DNA of 64,000 nucleotides, taken from NCBI GenBank assembly GCA_036172245.1, contig JAYWIR010000043.1:310001-374000 (forward strand). The letters are read 5' to 3'. Source of the stretch: Raillietiella orientalis (taxonomy: Eukaryota). The notes beneath the pieces are model-generated. The model did not search any database. It was not told where the DNA came from and saw only the letters and a program-made list of their open reading frames with translations. Below, piece after piece: positions 1 to 14,900 of this stretch (the first letter of the stretch is position 1; the number at the start of each line of letters is the position of its first letter). Position numbers and translations under genes: made by a program.

Positions 1-2257
1 CCATTCGAAAGCGTGACGTCTAATAAGCAACTTGCAGAAGAGAAAACAGAGTATTGCAAAGCTGTTCTTTTCTCCTTTGGTAGCCGGGATACGGACCTCT
101 CTTCGGGTCCCATTTGCAGGCTCTCCGAGGTCATGGAACCCCCAAAATAAATGCTTTGCTGAGAAATCTGCGCATTCCTAAGGTACATACAATGCTTATG
201 TTGACGGTCTCGACCACCATGCAGCACAGACGAGATATTTGCTGAAAGTACCGGTCGGGACATCTTCCAGAAGTGTTGATGCTGCTCCCAGAACTTTCAG
301 AAAAAGCGGGCACAGATCTGGAGCATGGACGTTATCTGCGAACGGCTAATGTTTAATTTAAACAAAACAATGAGATGGCAGACTGAAGAGATTACGGAGA
401 TTAGTTAGCAAGGAGTACCCACTTATGAGCACATTTGCCTGAACGCCCTTGAGAAATGCATGTTGCCCTTCAAAGCCAGCTTGTCCCGCTTAATCAAAGA
501 GAAGGCATTCCTTCCCATGTTTTTCCTTTTAATGTTGCCATTAACGTCGAGTTGCGGCAACTGTCCTCTTCCCTCTTGCTGGCCCAACCAAGAATAAGAA
601 GCAGATAAGAAGTCACTGAAAACCGTACACTGCTCGCATCTTATTGCAAGCCCCTATTCGTTATCGTAGGACCGATTAACAAATTGCCGATCTTTGTGTG
701 AGCACTATCTTGGAGGAGTGGAGGTTATCGTTGGCGATCATTCTGTAGTTCGTACTGATTGACAGAGTGCTTAGGATCTTAATCTCCCTTCTCCAAGATC
801 CGACCCTATTCGTGGAATTCGTTGCTCTCAGGAATCGTGGTTTTCGAGAACCACGATGCCACTTTGTGAGAAGAATCCTTTCCTCTCTGGGAGTCGTCTT
901 CACGAGCTCATAGAAAGTGTAAAATTTGGACGCCCCTGGCGTATGCTTTCCGCTGGCACGACCGGTTTCTGGAGGTTCCTTATCTGCTTTTTATTCTTGG
1001 CTGAACCAGCAAGAGGGAAAAGGACAGTTGCCTTGCAAAACCCAACCCAAAAAAAAAAAAAGAGCACACGAGACTGATTCCTTGGAGAAAATTTCCCCAT
1101 AGGATAGCGATTTTTTGCATGCCTGCTCGAAAGATTTCCTCCTACGAATTGGCTGCTTGACACGGTGAGCATCTTCTCGTATGCATTCCAGACAAGGTAA
1201 CAGAGCGGAAGGAGAACAAAGGTTGAGGCCCTGCCAACCCTGCAGTCGAAATTTCCGCTGCATTTCTTCGTCTGTTCCCGAAAGCTCGAAACACTCTGCA
1301 GCTAGATGCGCGTTGACTGAATCACCTGGATGCAAGCAAGTCGTTGCTAGCCAGGCATGTGTGATGCATAGTTCTGAGACTCGAAGCCTCCATGCCCAAT
1401 GATCACATGAGCTAACGCTCTCGCTGTCAGGAGGAGATTTCGAACAAAACGAGACTCGACGAGTGCCGGACCACTTATTTGGAATAAGTAAATGAATACG
1501 TTCAAAAATGTCAGACCTTATCTCACGTGAAACCATGGAGGTCATGTTCGGCGATGCTTGGAGGAGGGCGGTATGAAGAGTAGGGGGGATAAGAAGGCAT
1601 TTGTTAGTGGCATCGGTCTCCTCATTCGTCTTTCAATTGCTTGATTACCTGTTTTCAAAGCAGTCAGCAGAAGAAAAACGTCCGTATCGTTTTTCTGTGT
1701 AAGGGGAGACAATGGAACTTTCCAGGAGTTGGAAAACAAAGATTTCCAAACAGCTGAAGATCGGAAAACGAAGAAGAAAAGAATAAATTCACCGAGATGT
1801 TGAAATTCCACAGCATTTTCCAAGGGCAAAGTTTTACGTCTTTTTTATCTCAGAATGGTGTGATCAATGAATAATGAATGATCGACATTGAATCGGAGCT
1901 GCTAGGTTCATCTCGGCTCTAAAAAAAAATTCCCACTAGGAGAGCAAAACCCTTTCTTCTTTTGGCCTTTATTCTTCGGTTTCCGCAACAGCCTATATCA
2001 TCCATAAGATTGTGAGCTTGCTGCACGTTAACAACAAGTCTTCTGTAGAAGATTTTCGCTTCCTCCCTCTTGTACAACGGAATATACGTTTGCCATCCCA
2101 AGTCCTTTCTTTCAGCTGCTTCGTTTTGTAGATTTTCTTGGAAACCAATTTCGTCCCGAGGGAAGAACTTTCTCTGTGACCGAAGGAATCCTCAGCCTAG
2201 CAGGAATCACTTCCCAGAAGTTCAGCCCTGTAAGCTGCTGAGGACCGTTACTCCACC

Positions 2258-2327
2258 ATGAGAAATCCACAGCACTGGGAGAAGCTTTCGCCTGCAGAAT
2301 TTCAGCAGCTGCAAGAGTTGACAAGTT
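2258..2327 (+). CDS. Dgk: DGK coding exon 1 (MRNPQHWEKLSPAEFQQLQELTS-Y)
   Basis: ATG in CCACCATG context; W-x-KLSPxEFxQLQ motif of the type I DGK N-terminus; donor T|GTAAGT, phase 1. Confidence 0.9.
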
Positions 2328-2382
2328 GTAAGTAATGTTCCAACTTGACCCGTAGATAAATGCACCCTACCTCCCTGCTGAC

Positions 2383-2402
2383 CTCTCTCTCTCTCTCTCT
2401 CT
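2383..2402. repeat. (CT)10 microsatellite
   Basis: Direct reading; lies near the start of intron 1. Confidence 0.9.
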
Positions 2403-5199
2403 CCCCGCCTGCTTCAAGAAATCTGACTACCTAGAAAAGGTAAAGCTGCAAAGAGGTTGCGATCAAAAAAGATAATGGCCAGTCGGAAAGTCGCGAGGCA
2501 GTCCACCATGAAAGCTCGCAGTGACCACAATCCAAAGCGATCCGACGCATGCACGCTTTGTAAGCAGTGTCACACGACCACCGGCGTTCTGCTTCCCGTA
2601 CGCCACGGCCGGCCACGCGAGCAACCTGTTAACCATTAAGGAGCGGAGCGAAAATGCTAGCAGATAAAAGAGGCGAGAGATCTAGAAGGAATTTGCGTCA
2701 TCTTTGCTTTCCATCATTGCTTCCCGAGTGCGAACGAGCGGCCGTCCCACACGCTGAAATGGGAATCGAAGGCTCTTGGGCTGCAGGGATTAAAGAGGCT
2801 GGCCTTCGAGGTGTCAGTTCATGAAGAATCGCTTAGGGAATCCTGGAATCTTCAAATTTTTGGGGGGGGCTTGAAATTCGTCCCCTGACAGCCGAAAGAA
2901 TGTTTCGCAATAGCGATGAGAAATGTGTACATATTCGTCAAGAGGATACTATCTAAGACCCTTTTTTCCCTGACGTAAAAAAAAAAAAGTGTCTTAGACC
3001 TCATCTATCAAGTGTTGTCTTGCTGAATACAATCATCCTATGTTAAAGAACGCTGTTCTATGGGAACACGAGATCAGATGATCAGCAAAGAATACACCAA
3101 AAGCTGGTAGGGTTCTCACGATGTTTACCGTATATCGTCTTTAAGCGCTCCCGCGTTAATTAAAACGCGTGTGCACCCTATCCACATATTGATTGTCCTT
3201 ATGCTTGAGACTCATTACTGCCGTTAGTCACCATTTCAATGACAACTTTTCAAAATGGGCTTCGTGCCGGTCTTGGGAAAGCTCAGGACTGGCACAACAA
3301 ACGATGGGATGTATGAAACATCACCTCATCTTTCACGCCGTACCCGTCTTCCTTTTGTCATTTCTTCTTTGTCGGAGAGATGCCAGGGAACGGGAAGATC
3401 TTTTCTGATTCTGTGCAGTGTAGCGTTGTCAGGCAGGCGAGCTCATCGAACCTACGTGTGTGCAAAGCGGCTTTAGATTTGGGCTGTTAAAAGACGAAGA
3501 ATACGCTTAGTTTTAAGTAAACCTTTGTCGCTAGAAATCCCAGTCCATCGCATTTACTTGGAGAGCAATTGATAAGCAATGCTTGGTTACGAAATTGATT
3601 GCTGATTACATGAGTCGCTCAAAACAAACATGTCCCCTCGGCATTTTCTCAGCACTGATGACAGCCTGCATTCCAAGTTGCCGCCAAATCACGTTCACAG
3701 ATAAAAGACCTACGCCTTTTGAACCAACAAGACCGACTTCTTCCGCTTTCGGAGCAGCTCCTGTCTCCTAAGCAAATGATGCATGCTTTATATGTGCTGC
3801 TCTGATCAAAATTGCGAGCTGAAAAATGGCGCTGAAATGGTTTCTGCGGGCCAAATCGGCTACTTAGCTGCAATTCCCTCCCGAAGAGATGCAGTATATG
3901 AACTGAGCTCATCAAACACTGATACAACCATTGTATGGCAATATGCCTCTCATCCAAGAGAACCTCCTGCATCTGAAGTCCAATCTAAATCGATAGGGGA
4001 AACTTTTCTGAGTGGTTGCACATGGGATGAAAAGCAGCTATCCTAATGACTCATCATTCGCTGTCTGAGAGACAGAAAGTACTCGGGCAGAAAGCAACGG
4101 AAGAAACTCCATCTCTCGAAATTCATAACAGGAATCAAATAAGAAAAGGAACTCTTTCACAGGTGTTCGCAGTTGAATTCCGCACCACCTATTGATGCTT
4201 ACCTTCTTCCCATAAAAGCCTAGCCTTCCCACAATGTTCTTACCAGTCTTCTGCATGGGATTTGAAAGTCCCGGTGATGCTTTGGGGATGGGATCATCAG
4301 TCTATTGTCACGATATTTACATGCAAGTGCCATTGTATATTATAACGAATATCGAATTTCAATATGAAGCCTATAGCTTAAGTATGGCTGAAATGCGGAT
4401 CGCATTTGTGCTTTTTGCTGGAGCAGAGAACTTAGCTCAGAGAACGATTCTCCAGTGTACTCAGTTTGAGCGTGTGCCCTTCTAACAGCCTCCAGCCACA
4501 GGTCTTCGGATTTGTAACGCGAGCAATCATAGCAAACTCCGGAATGCCAGTTGTTCTTTCTTTTTCTTTATCAATCCATTCCTAGATATCCATCAGTATT
4601 TCATCCAAACGGGCATTGGAGAATTTTAGAGAGCACTGCATTCGATCGATCATGACTCACTTTAATCGCATCACAGTCACAGAACTCCGCCTTATCAACA
4701 TCACTGGCTGTCGCTTTAGAATGCCATTCTGTGCAATTTCTCACAAACTCTTGAGCAAGTCACACCACTTCAGATGTAGAAGGTGGGATTCCGGCATCCA
4801 CTGGTTCGAACTGAAGTGCTTCCGGCGCAAGAGCGTTCTTCCCGACTCCTCTTAGAAACTTCCTCCTTCAAGTAGTCTCCGTCATAAAAAAAAAAAAAAA
4901 AAGGAAGAAAACTTGACCGCCTTCCTTTCCCGAAGGCTAGAGAGGAGAAGATAACTTTTGAAGAGCGAGAAACATAAGAGAACCAAGCAGATGAGCTGTT
5001 CGAAAAGCCGGAATGCCTTTCTATTCCCAGCATGGAACCGTTCAGAAGGTCAGCTGTTGACATTTGAGACCAGAGAGCGAAGAGAAAACTTTGAAGTCAA
5101 ATGGCAGGGGCAACCCTATGTGTATCCTCTGATCGGTCATTGGCTCTTGCTAGGACATTTCCATAAAACTTCTCGCGGCCCGTCTGCTCTTTTTTCTTC

Positions 5200-5960
5200 T
5201 TCAGCAGCTTTGAGTACTTTCGATTGGAATTGCTTTTCCCTCTTCTGGGGAAGGGTTCTTTTTCAAAATTTCCAAGACGTCGGGAGATGCTCCTGATAGG
5301 CACTGCCAGTATGCCGCTTAGATGCGCCAATCGCAAACGAACCGGGCCAGAGAAACCAATGAACAGTCGGGGATATGAATCAGTGGGTTCCCCTGGAAGC
5401 AAACAGGGATTGGAACGGTCGCTCGAGGCGCCCTCTGATTGTGTGGCTGCGGGACGCTGCACTGAACGTGACGGTGGCAGAATGGGGCTCATCTCTTCAG
5501 AGCAGCTCTGCGAACGGGAGCACTCGAAGGCGTGCCCTGGATGCTGCCGTGTGATGCATGCCAGTTTCTGCAGCCGAACTATGCTATGATGCCATGAGAA
5601 ACTGCACTGGAAACTGTTGAGCCAGGAATGATTCTCAAGGAGTCTGATCACATTCCCGCTATTGCCGCTTCTGGGGTCAGCAGTAAGTTTAGCGAGCGAG
5701 GCTCCACGGTGTGTATCGAAGAATCTTGGTGTTGGCAGCTCATTGGGGGACCTGCACGCACAGGGGACACGCCTCGGCTTCCGCGCAAGGCCTCTGGCGA
5801 TGGTTTTCCCAGCTAGACGGAAACGTCCCCAAATTCCACCTCGCTGAAAAAATTCAGGCGTTCCTGCTGATTGTAATGAGGCTGATTGCATAGAAAGACA
5901 GAGTGCACTTCTGGAGCTGGGCTTCAGTTCAGTCTCGGAAAAGTTTGCAGATTGGACCAA
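5200..5960 (-). mobile_element. Decayed Ty3/Gypsy-like integrase region
   Basis: The 5097..5963 minus ORF has HHSIVRLQKLA..HPG, like the integrase zinc-finger H-x-GIV-x-MK-x-LAR..WPG segment. It is followed by PTDSYPRLFIGFSGP, like PW-x-RLHIDFAGP. Key residues are mutated. Confidence 0.45.
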
Positions 5961-8900
5961 CAAAGCACCAAACCAAACTTTCAGCCTCGTTGGGAAAGAA
6001 TGCTTTTAGGACAAGAGCAAAGTGAATTACTTGGAAGGTCTCTAAAGACTCCAAGGGAGGCACGCTTCTGAAAGGTCAGCAGCTTTTGTTAACAGGATCC
6101 AACCCGCTTTCCGCTTCTCCTCATGCAACGAAGATCCTTGAGGAGCTTGGGACACATAGAAAGGGACAACCACCTGTGAGCCTTGAAGTGTAGTGCTTTG
6201 CCGGTTTCCTTGCCTTTGGTCGTCTAAGGAATTCTAATCTAATCTTTGTTCACGGCCTTTGAGTCTATGCTTCTCTAATCTGAACTTTAGATTCTTCCGC
6301 TACATCCTCCCTTATCCCACTTTGATTCTGCCATAATCCGAATTTTCCTGTGCTCCTCCTTCGAAATGGGTCGGAGGAAAACGGAATGAAGGCGCGAAGC
6401 AAAATAAATGAAATTTGCAAAAAGACTTCTAATAGAATGAAGGAGCTCATCAGAAGATGGGAGCGAACTGAGACCGCGTTGCCAGGCTCAAAAGCAGGCG
6501 ATCTGCAAACTTAGATACGACGGGGCTCATCGTTTGTGCGGCGTAAAATCAAAACAAAGCATTGAGGGAAAGTTCACCTCAAGTGCGGTGCGAGGATGAA
6601 TGACGAGGTGTTGTATGCGAGCAAAACATTGGGAAAGGGCACATCAGAAGGCTCGGAAAGAGCGACCTCGGGAACCTGGTCGCTTGAGAGCGGCAAATTA
6701 CTGAGGACCACGCTTTTTTCTCTTTTTTTTTTTCGATCGATAGCAGCGGAATGATTGGCTGTTTTCCTACGAAAGACCATCTAAGATGAGTTGTGGCAGC
6801 TGTGGAAGCTCGGAGCGCTATTTGAGAAAAGGGAACCAAATTCTCAGCTTCGATGAGAAGTTTCCACTTCACGCATTTTTTCTTACCACTGCATCCCTAT
6901 TCTTTTGTGTTTCGTGGAATCTGAATTTCGGTCAACTTACCAGTAAGCGCCACATTCTCATCGATCTCATTCTTCCACATGGCCACGTCATTGCGCGGTG
7001 ACAGTGCTTTGAGTAAGGGTGCCCTTGTGATATCCTCTTCCTGATGCCATTCCTGCGGTACGCACACTTTCCGTGGGTCCTTCGCAATCGTAAAGACGAA
7101 GTCAAAGAGCTTCCATCTGAAGTCTTCAAATTCCCTTATTTTGACAGCGAACTAACCGGCTGAATGCCTCATCACTCTACCTATTGATTAAATGGTTTGA
7201 TTATCTGGTGCTGGTTCCGGTAGAAATCATACAGAACCTCGAAAAATCTAAAAGGAAAAGAAGATTCATCCTCTGAACGTCGCAGATACGTCTCTGGTGA
7301 GCCCATGTCTTTTGGTTGGATCAACTGCTGAGGCAGCACGAGTCCTGGGGAACTTGCGATCTTTTTTATCCAAATCGAGAACCCGGAGGACCCTGTACCC
7401 TGAAGGGCTTGCGAGGATTCGGTCGGCAGAGGAGCGTACAAAAAGTGGTCCTCCCAGAAACCAAAATTAGTGAAGGAATCGCGGAGGCTTCCGAGTTGAA
7501 ATCCATGTAGCTGAGAACCGCAAGCACCCCGAGGCATCTGTTCAGAGATCATGTTCGCTTTCCTTCGTAAGCAGTACTGAGAAAAGTCTTCAAGGAGGAA
7601 TTCAAAAAATGAATTCCTTCCGTCGAATCCATGGTGACCTTCTAGAAATTCTGTCTCTTTGCTTTTGCTCTCGACGGGAGAATGGAAAGAAAAGAACAGA
7701 GAATGATGTCCTTCCAGCTGAAGAATACTACGGAATATTCTTCCAAAATGTGATGCCCCAATTGGCCTCGTGCCTTTGGAGCAGCAAAATGGAATAAAAT
7801 GATGGGTCATCAAATCGAGCAGCTTAATGCACTTCCTTTGAAGCATAGTAAACGCTTCCGCACAGACAACCACAGCTCGATATTCCCCGAGTGTGGCAAC
7901 TGCTGATCCTGAAGTCATTGAATAAATTAGAGGGAAAAAAACGACTCATCCATGCGCAAGTCCACAGCTGGCAGAGAAAATGTGGATGGAGGGACAATTG
8001 CGAATTGTTCTGGATCCATTTCTGATAAACAAAGGTCTTCGTGAGAGAGCTGCTTTGTCCTCTAACACTCGCACAGAAAGCGTCAAGATATAGAGATCTG
8101 GTCTAGGGTCCAGAGGAAACTAACCAAACCGACATAAAGAACCTGCGAACGAGAAAAGAAAGAGACATCAAAGTCACTGAGAACAAAGCAAAGGCGCAGC
8201 TTGGATCATCTTTTCGGTTCAGAGAATGACAGTCGTTTCTCGCCACCTCCTTCCTTCCTTATTGAACTCCGGCGTTACACATCAAAAAGAAGTGGTGCTT
8301 TTATGTCGCATGCAAAAAGCAAATTGCTCATTTTCTGAGAATTACTTGCCCTTAACTGCATTTTGACTCTGAGTGAGCATCTCTTGCTCGCTCCTATAGC
8401 TATTGTAATATGGAGATTCGCAAACATGAACGCCTAGCAACCATGATCCTGTCTGCACGTTGTGAGGGAGATTGCATAGTTTTCGATATGGTTTTTTTTT
8501 TTTTTATCTGACACTGAACGTCAGCAAGAGTCGATCCTAAAAGCTGTGGAAAAACAACAAATTCCCTCAACATCCTAACCCAAGACTTGGCTTTCATTCT
8601 TTGCATACGTAGTAGCAGTGCCCTCTGAACCCACGATTTTCTCGAGGCGCCATGCAGAATAGCGCAGTACATTACAATTCTGCGTGATATGGATGGACCG
8701 AAGATACAACTCCGTTGAGTACAACACGCAGTTGGATAAGTGGCCATGTGGAGAGTTTCTCGGAAAAGAATAGCACGGGAATAAGTCCATACCATAGACA
8801 CGTAGGTGGAGGCGAGGAGGAGTTGATGTTCCCTCAACGGTCCCTATGAAATCGTCTTGAAGAAATGATAGAAACGCAGAACGAGGCACTTGCTCCAAGT

Positions 8901-11900
8901 TTTTTTGAACCAGAAATTCCCATTCTTATATGTACAACTAATACAAGGGTTCTTTCAATTTTTTCAAGCAAATCCATGGATTTTTCCAAAATCATGCCCG
9001 TGAGCATGCTTTCCGGCTGTTCAAGGACAAATGACCCTCAAGGGTACCTTTCTAGCGTTGTCAGCTGAACAGGAAAAACTAATGTGCGCATCTCGAAAAA
9101 AGGATGCTGCTTTGTCTATGATCTTCGTATCCTGTACCAGCTATGTGGCCCGAGATTATGAATTTTTGATTTAAGTGTCTAGTCCTTCCACGTTCCAGTC
9201 ATGTTCTTCAAGTACACTTTATAGGAATAGTCGTGAGAATTGCTTCCAACTGCGAACCTGTGGTTGGGAGTCATTCCTTCTCTTTTCATCAGGGCCATCA
9301 GGGCATTCAGCCTCTCGGCGCCATTATCGTGCCTCCAGCCACCGCATTTCTGTATAGATCAGATCATGAATTTGATTTCGCCCTCGATTTTCGACAGCCA
9401 TCTAGGTTAGAGTTCAAGTGTCCCCACCTATTGTTCGTCTGACTGCATCATTCATCACAGCCAGTGATGCACTCACGAACGTGGACTTCATCTCAATAAG
9501 GCTTCAGGGGAAGTCAGCGTGCAGGCTCTGCTCGTGGTGGCAGAGAAATTCCATCGATCAAGCTTTACTATGTGGCATCCATCAGAACTATGCCTTCCTT
9601 TGAGGGGTTTCATAAAAACTTTCATCCTGGAGAGAGGGGCATAATTTAAGCAGGAAATCTGGATGGAGTGTGCCATTTTTCTTTGAGCTCAAAAAAAGGC
9701 CTGCATCGCTCTCCGAAGATCTTCGCACTTTACACATGGCGAAGGCGTGGCGCTGCGATTCAGCAGGGGAACGGGATGCAAGTGGATTCCGGAAGGAATT
9801 CTTGGAAACCGGGATAACAAGGTCGTCATGAGAGACGATGCTTCGCATCAATTTATTGTGACGAATGAGTCTCATGGCTGAAGAGTAATTATGCTAATAG
9901 GACAGGGAAGCGGAAAGCGATTTAAATTTAAATGTATCTTATTACAAGCTTGAAGGCAGGCAATCGCGTCATGGATTAAGGATGCTAAATCTTTCACCGC
10001 AATCAATTCAAATCAGCAATTGACCTCTTCGAATTTCCCTTAGATTGAAAGCGGAAAAAGGAAGAAGATTGAGGGCAACATGAAACATTGCAAGATCACG
10101 GCACTGCGTTTCCCCTCCATCGCCAAAGTTTTGTATATTTTCCTCCTGAATGTCCGATGGAATTATTATTATGGTTTCCATTACAGCCGTTCTTCCAAAG
10201 CGAGTCCTCCTCGAACTCTGAAAGCTGTGGTTTTGAACGAAATCTGAAATCGAGTCGATCTCGGCGTCCGCTGGACAGAATTCCTTTCTTTCCTTTTGCC
10301 TATTCCCGTACTTCCGAGAAACGGAATCGATTCTGAATTCAGAATGGGATTCCATGAGTGGAGTTCCATATGCAAGGCTGCACAGTCTCTTCATTCTCAT
10401 CTTCTCTAGCTTTGCTAGGCTGCCATGTCACCGTCCCTGTCTCTGATACAACGCCCATCCATCGCAGCGGTTCGGACTGTGATACAGAGAGTATCATTTG
10501 CACTCGCCGTCCTTTTCAGTTTCTTCAATCTTGCTGAAGAGTTCCTCTTTCATAAAGGCCGCTGCCTCTCTTCCATGCCATGAGTGTTCGCAGGTCTCGA
10601 TCGTTCTTGAAAGGCAAGAGCAAGGTTGAGGGTCCTCGAGGTCGGGGTGCTGGATTCGTGATTCCTCTTCCCGATGTCCTTCTGGAAGACGGCCCTCGTG
10701 CCATTTCGCGCAGACACGGCGGTCTCGTTCTACGAACACTCTAAGGCAAAGAGCAGAAAACGACAGACGTCCGACTGCATGCGAGTCAGAGGCAGATCAG
10801 AGTGCGACGCATTCCGAGTCTCAAATGTAAAATTGCAAAACTCTCTCCTTGCCAGAAAGTCTTTTTTTTTTTTTTTCTTTTTAGCTCAACTAATAAAATA
10901 ATTGGAGTCACTAAGACTTTGATTTTCTCCAATTTCTCAACCCTTTAATAGCAACTCGTAAGCCTTTTTTTTTTTGAAAGATGGACTCACATTTTGAAAA
11001 GTGCAGATACTTTGAAGAATCATCTCATGTTGATGGGTGTTTTGAGAATTATAGACTTGTTCCTGAGGTTGCAAGATGATGAGCAAATATTCCCTATGCA
11101 AAGATAATTCCTTCCTTAGATTATCAATCCACTGATGTTTCCTGAGTTGTTGCACTTCCGCAGATCGCGTTATAGAACAGTTAACTTATCTGGAGGACTG
11201 TTGATAGAGTTTTCTAAGATCTCTTGCGTAAGAAGTATTTCACTGAGAAAATCGTTTCAATCTTCTATACTTTATTCGTTGCTCTGCTCGCAGATGAAAG
11301 ATGCATGAGGCACAGGCGCAGTAAATTTTGGATGCACAGCAGAAGTCATCCTTGATTGTAAGCTGTCTAAAATGTTTTCCATGTCATCAGAGAATTCTGA
11401 AAGAGAATTCGGGCTTCCGAAAAAGTGTCCGAGAATCACGAAAATCAGCTTCTGTCATTCTTGAAGACTGCCTCAATTTCTCAGAGACATGGTGCTTTTA
11501 GTTCGTCAAACTTGAAGATGTGGATTACTGTGAGTCGAAAGAGGAGTATGGGGGATCCGATCCTTCCTCCACATCACAAGTATACTTACGTCTTCCTGCT
11601 GTCAAACTTTTCGTTCGGAAGACCTGACTTTTTTAATTACCCCGAAACCAAGCAGATGGACACATCATTATGACTCGGCACTATAAACTTCTAAGAGTCT
11701 TTTGATTGAACTTTTGAGTTCAGCTGTGATGAGGAACAAAGCTCCCGTGCAAGAAGCATGCAATCACCTTGGTCGTGATCAAGGCTGCTCCACAGTGAGA
11801 ACAGGTCTTCAGAGAAAGCTGCGCTCTGATATGACGGACGGTGAAGATGCTGGGAAGCACTTGCGCTCTGCAATCTGGGCGGCTGCTACTCTTAATGGCA

Positions 11901-14900
11901 ACACAATCTGCCTTTTCTCAAATGTGTGTTCTCTCCTTGATGAAATGCCCAAAAATTGATAAAGCAACTGGAAACGTTACGATCACCATGGAAAAGCGGA
12001 TGCAAAGAAGTGCAAGAATGTCCAAGTTCTTGAAGCAAGCAATGCAAAGTTTCTTTCGCAAGAAGCTTTGCTTGGGATCAGGTCACCATCATCATCAATC
12101 AGATTCGTAAAAAAGGAAAAGCATTTGGAGAGGCGATTTGTGTTTTCATCTTGTGCAAGAAGAGATTATCTTGGGTACTCTGAGAAAGCACTAAAAAGTC
12201 ATTGGCTGATAGGAAAAAAGCTATCCTTGCATGCTAAAAGACTTTGGCCAATTAGCTCATTCAAAGTAGGCATGCTGCTTCATGACCTTCAGATAATTCG
12301 GCAGGGAATATATTCCCTTTATACTTTAAAGAAGAATGGTACCAATAATACATGAGAATCTGGACGGAAGCCTGTGTTCACATTCCGGTTTCCAAATGAT
12401 CAGAGTGAAGTATGGAAAAAAGAGGAACGTGCGGTCCAGTGTAAAGTCTAAAACCAATAACCGTTTCGTCTGCTTACCAAAGGAAAATAAAGACATCACC
12501 AAAGAGAAAAGAATCAACGGAGTGGGAATTGGGGCGAGCATCGTGAGTTAAGATCAGGTTCTCGTGATTCAGACCAATTGGGTATAGCCAGATCAAAAAA
12601 GAAAATCAATGGAGTCGAATTCTTGGACCATAAAATGTATAGAGAAGTGGAAAAGCGGAAAGACTGAACTTCACAATCTGCTCTCAGACAAGCAAGCATC
12701 GTCAACAGGATTTTCCCTGCTGCCCCTGAAAGAGGAATGGGAGATAAGGGAAGACATCATGGATACATCTCGACTTTGGTCCCCTTGAGACAAAAGCGAA
12801 AGTGTTAGGAAACCAGCGCATCAAATATTAAAGGACTGAAATGCCGTGGATCAATCACTGGAAACAGTTTCTGTGTCGTCCCCGTTGGATTTGGTTTTTA
12901 TGCTGCCACACGCTTCACCAAGGAAGTGTTTTCCTTATCGATAGCAAATAATCTGGGATTCTTAATGATCAGATGCGATCAGCAACGAGTTAATGGCTGT
13001 TCTCCTCGCAACGTACGGAGCTGAGATCCTACTGAAAAGCATCACAAGATGTGAACGCCTCGGAATTCTCGAAGATTTTCGTGCAGATGGTTTTTCAAGA
13101 TTCTGCAGTATCATCATATTTATGAAGGCAGAAACAAAGGTGACCACTGGCTCATAGATGGCTGAGCTGATTAGTCCACTGGTGAATTTCCAGAGACCCC
13201 AGTAACGCAACCGCTGAGCAAACAATCTCTCTCCTCATTAAGCAATGGGGTGCTCCACATCATCAACAAAGAAGAGGTGAAGCAGTCCAGAGACGAGGTT
13301 AAAATGTGTAAAATAGAAGGCTCCGAAGACAACCGCGTCGTACGCATCTCGGTTTGATCTGCAGGATGGACTAACATTATGCTTGCAGTACTTGTCTTGC
13401 CAGACGTGTCAAAAGAATGTTGAGATGAGGATTTTCCCTCGAGGAGTGTAAAGATCACTAAGTGGAGCAGCCAGAATGAAGTTCGAGGGCAGACGTAACA
13501 ACACCGTCACTCTACTCGGAAAGCTTGGAAAACATGATTTGATTGCATCTCTTCTTCGTATGGATATAAAGCGCCACCGAAGCACAGCATAGCAGTGAAT
13601 AAAACTTTCCCTCTCAACTCAAGGGCATCAGCAGAATTCGAGCATATGCATGATGACTGACCCTGGAAAGAAACATCCGTTTATTTCCAAAGCCATCTAA
13701 GGGGTGGGCGATTTCACTTCCAGCTAGGCGATTGCATCCTTGCCTCTTTTCTTCAATTTGGCAGGATAAACTCGTCTCACACATTCTTATTTTCGGGTAA
13801 GTTGTCTCCGAGCTCTTCCTTGAAAGTCGTGTCAAGAATTTCGTGAGGCGTTCATCCCACCGCTTGTTGCCACCCCGAAAATATCGCTTTTCTCCTTCAT
13901 TCTACGTGCACCTTCTTGGATTCATCCACCCACCAGCAGACGGCACAGCAACTTTCAAGCTACAAAAAAAGCGAGAGCCGTGATAGCTTTCATCATCTTG
14001 ACCGACGATTATCAACGGTTTCTCTGAATGATCTCATTGGAGGGTTTGAAAAGCATCTCATCGAAGCTTTCCTGCTTTTTTCTCAAGGAGATGTATCTCT
14101 CCTCCCATCCGCTCCGTCATAGGTAATCGGTCTTCCGATGCAGTTGAGGAAGCGGAACAGGAGAATGTGCTGATTTTATTCAGTTGAGAAAGAAATCAGA
14201 GGCTTAGGCTCCTTTTCTCTTGCCCACCCCGGTCTCTGGGGCTTTCGTGAGGCACCCCTCGTTCCATAACCCGGAATTGAAATAGGGAAGCGAAAATGTG
14301 TGTATCATAACTCCTTCTCCGTCCCTCTCGTATGCACCGACACCGCTCTTGTGTTCTGTTTCGTGAGCTGACGATCCACCCCATTCTCTTATCTCTTGAA
14401 GAGTCCCATCACGCCTTCTAGACAAATGCATGGGAGCGATGAGAGTCATTTCTTGCTAACTTTCGTGATGCGACGTCTAGCCTGCCAACCAACTGCAAGC
14501 AGCTGCTCTGGACCTCCAGATACCGAGCTAATGCGTTCTGTAGCTAGCGCTTCTTCTGTCTTCTGCGTGTCTTCACTCTATGGGAGAAGGTCCTCGTCTC
14601 CAGAAGTCCACAGGGGAGTGGGCTATACTCAGGCTACTCAGCACACTAGGAGAAATAGAAAATACTCTCAAAGAATTCCTAGCTGCGCTCCCACTAGGAC
14701 CACAAATTCTCCCCCTAGAAAGGCTCCTGTCATTCTGAATAGAGATGCCCCCATCATTAGAGCACAGACCAAGCAGTCCCTCATTCTGGAGTCTTGACCT
14801 AGATGGGAATTCGGAGCACCTCCGAAACTTACTATCAACACGATATTTACTTTCCATCGCTATCATTATGATCATCAGTGAACTTTTCTTTCAATTTGAA

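Noticed and set aside
7181..7918. 245-aa minus-strand ORF as a nested gene
   Set aside because: No recognisable domain; the Phe/His/Ser bias is what an antisense reading of purine-rich DNA gives.
12336..12551. MULE/FAR1-like fragment (SGFQMIRVKYGKK...RFVC)
   Set aside because: Resemblance too short and weak to call by eye.
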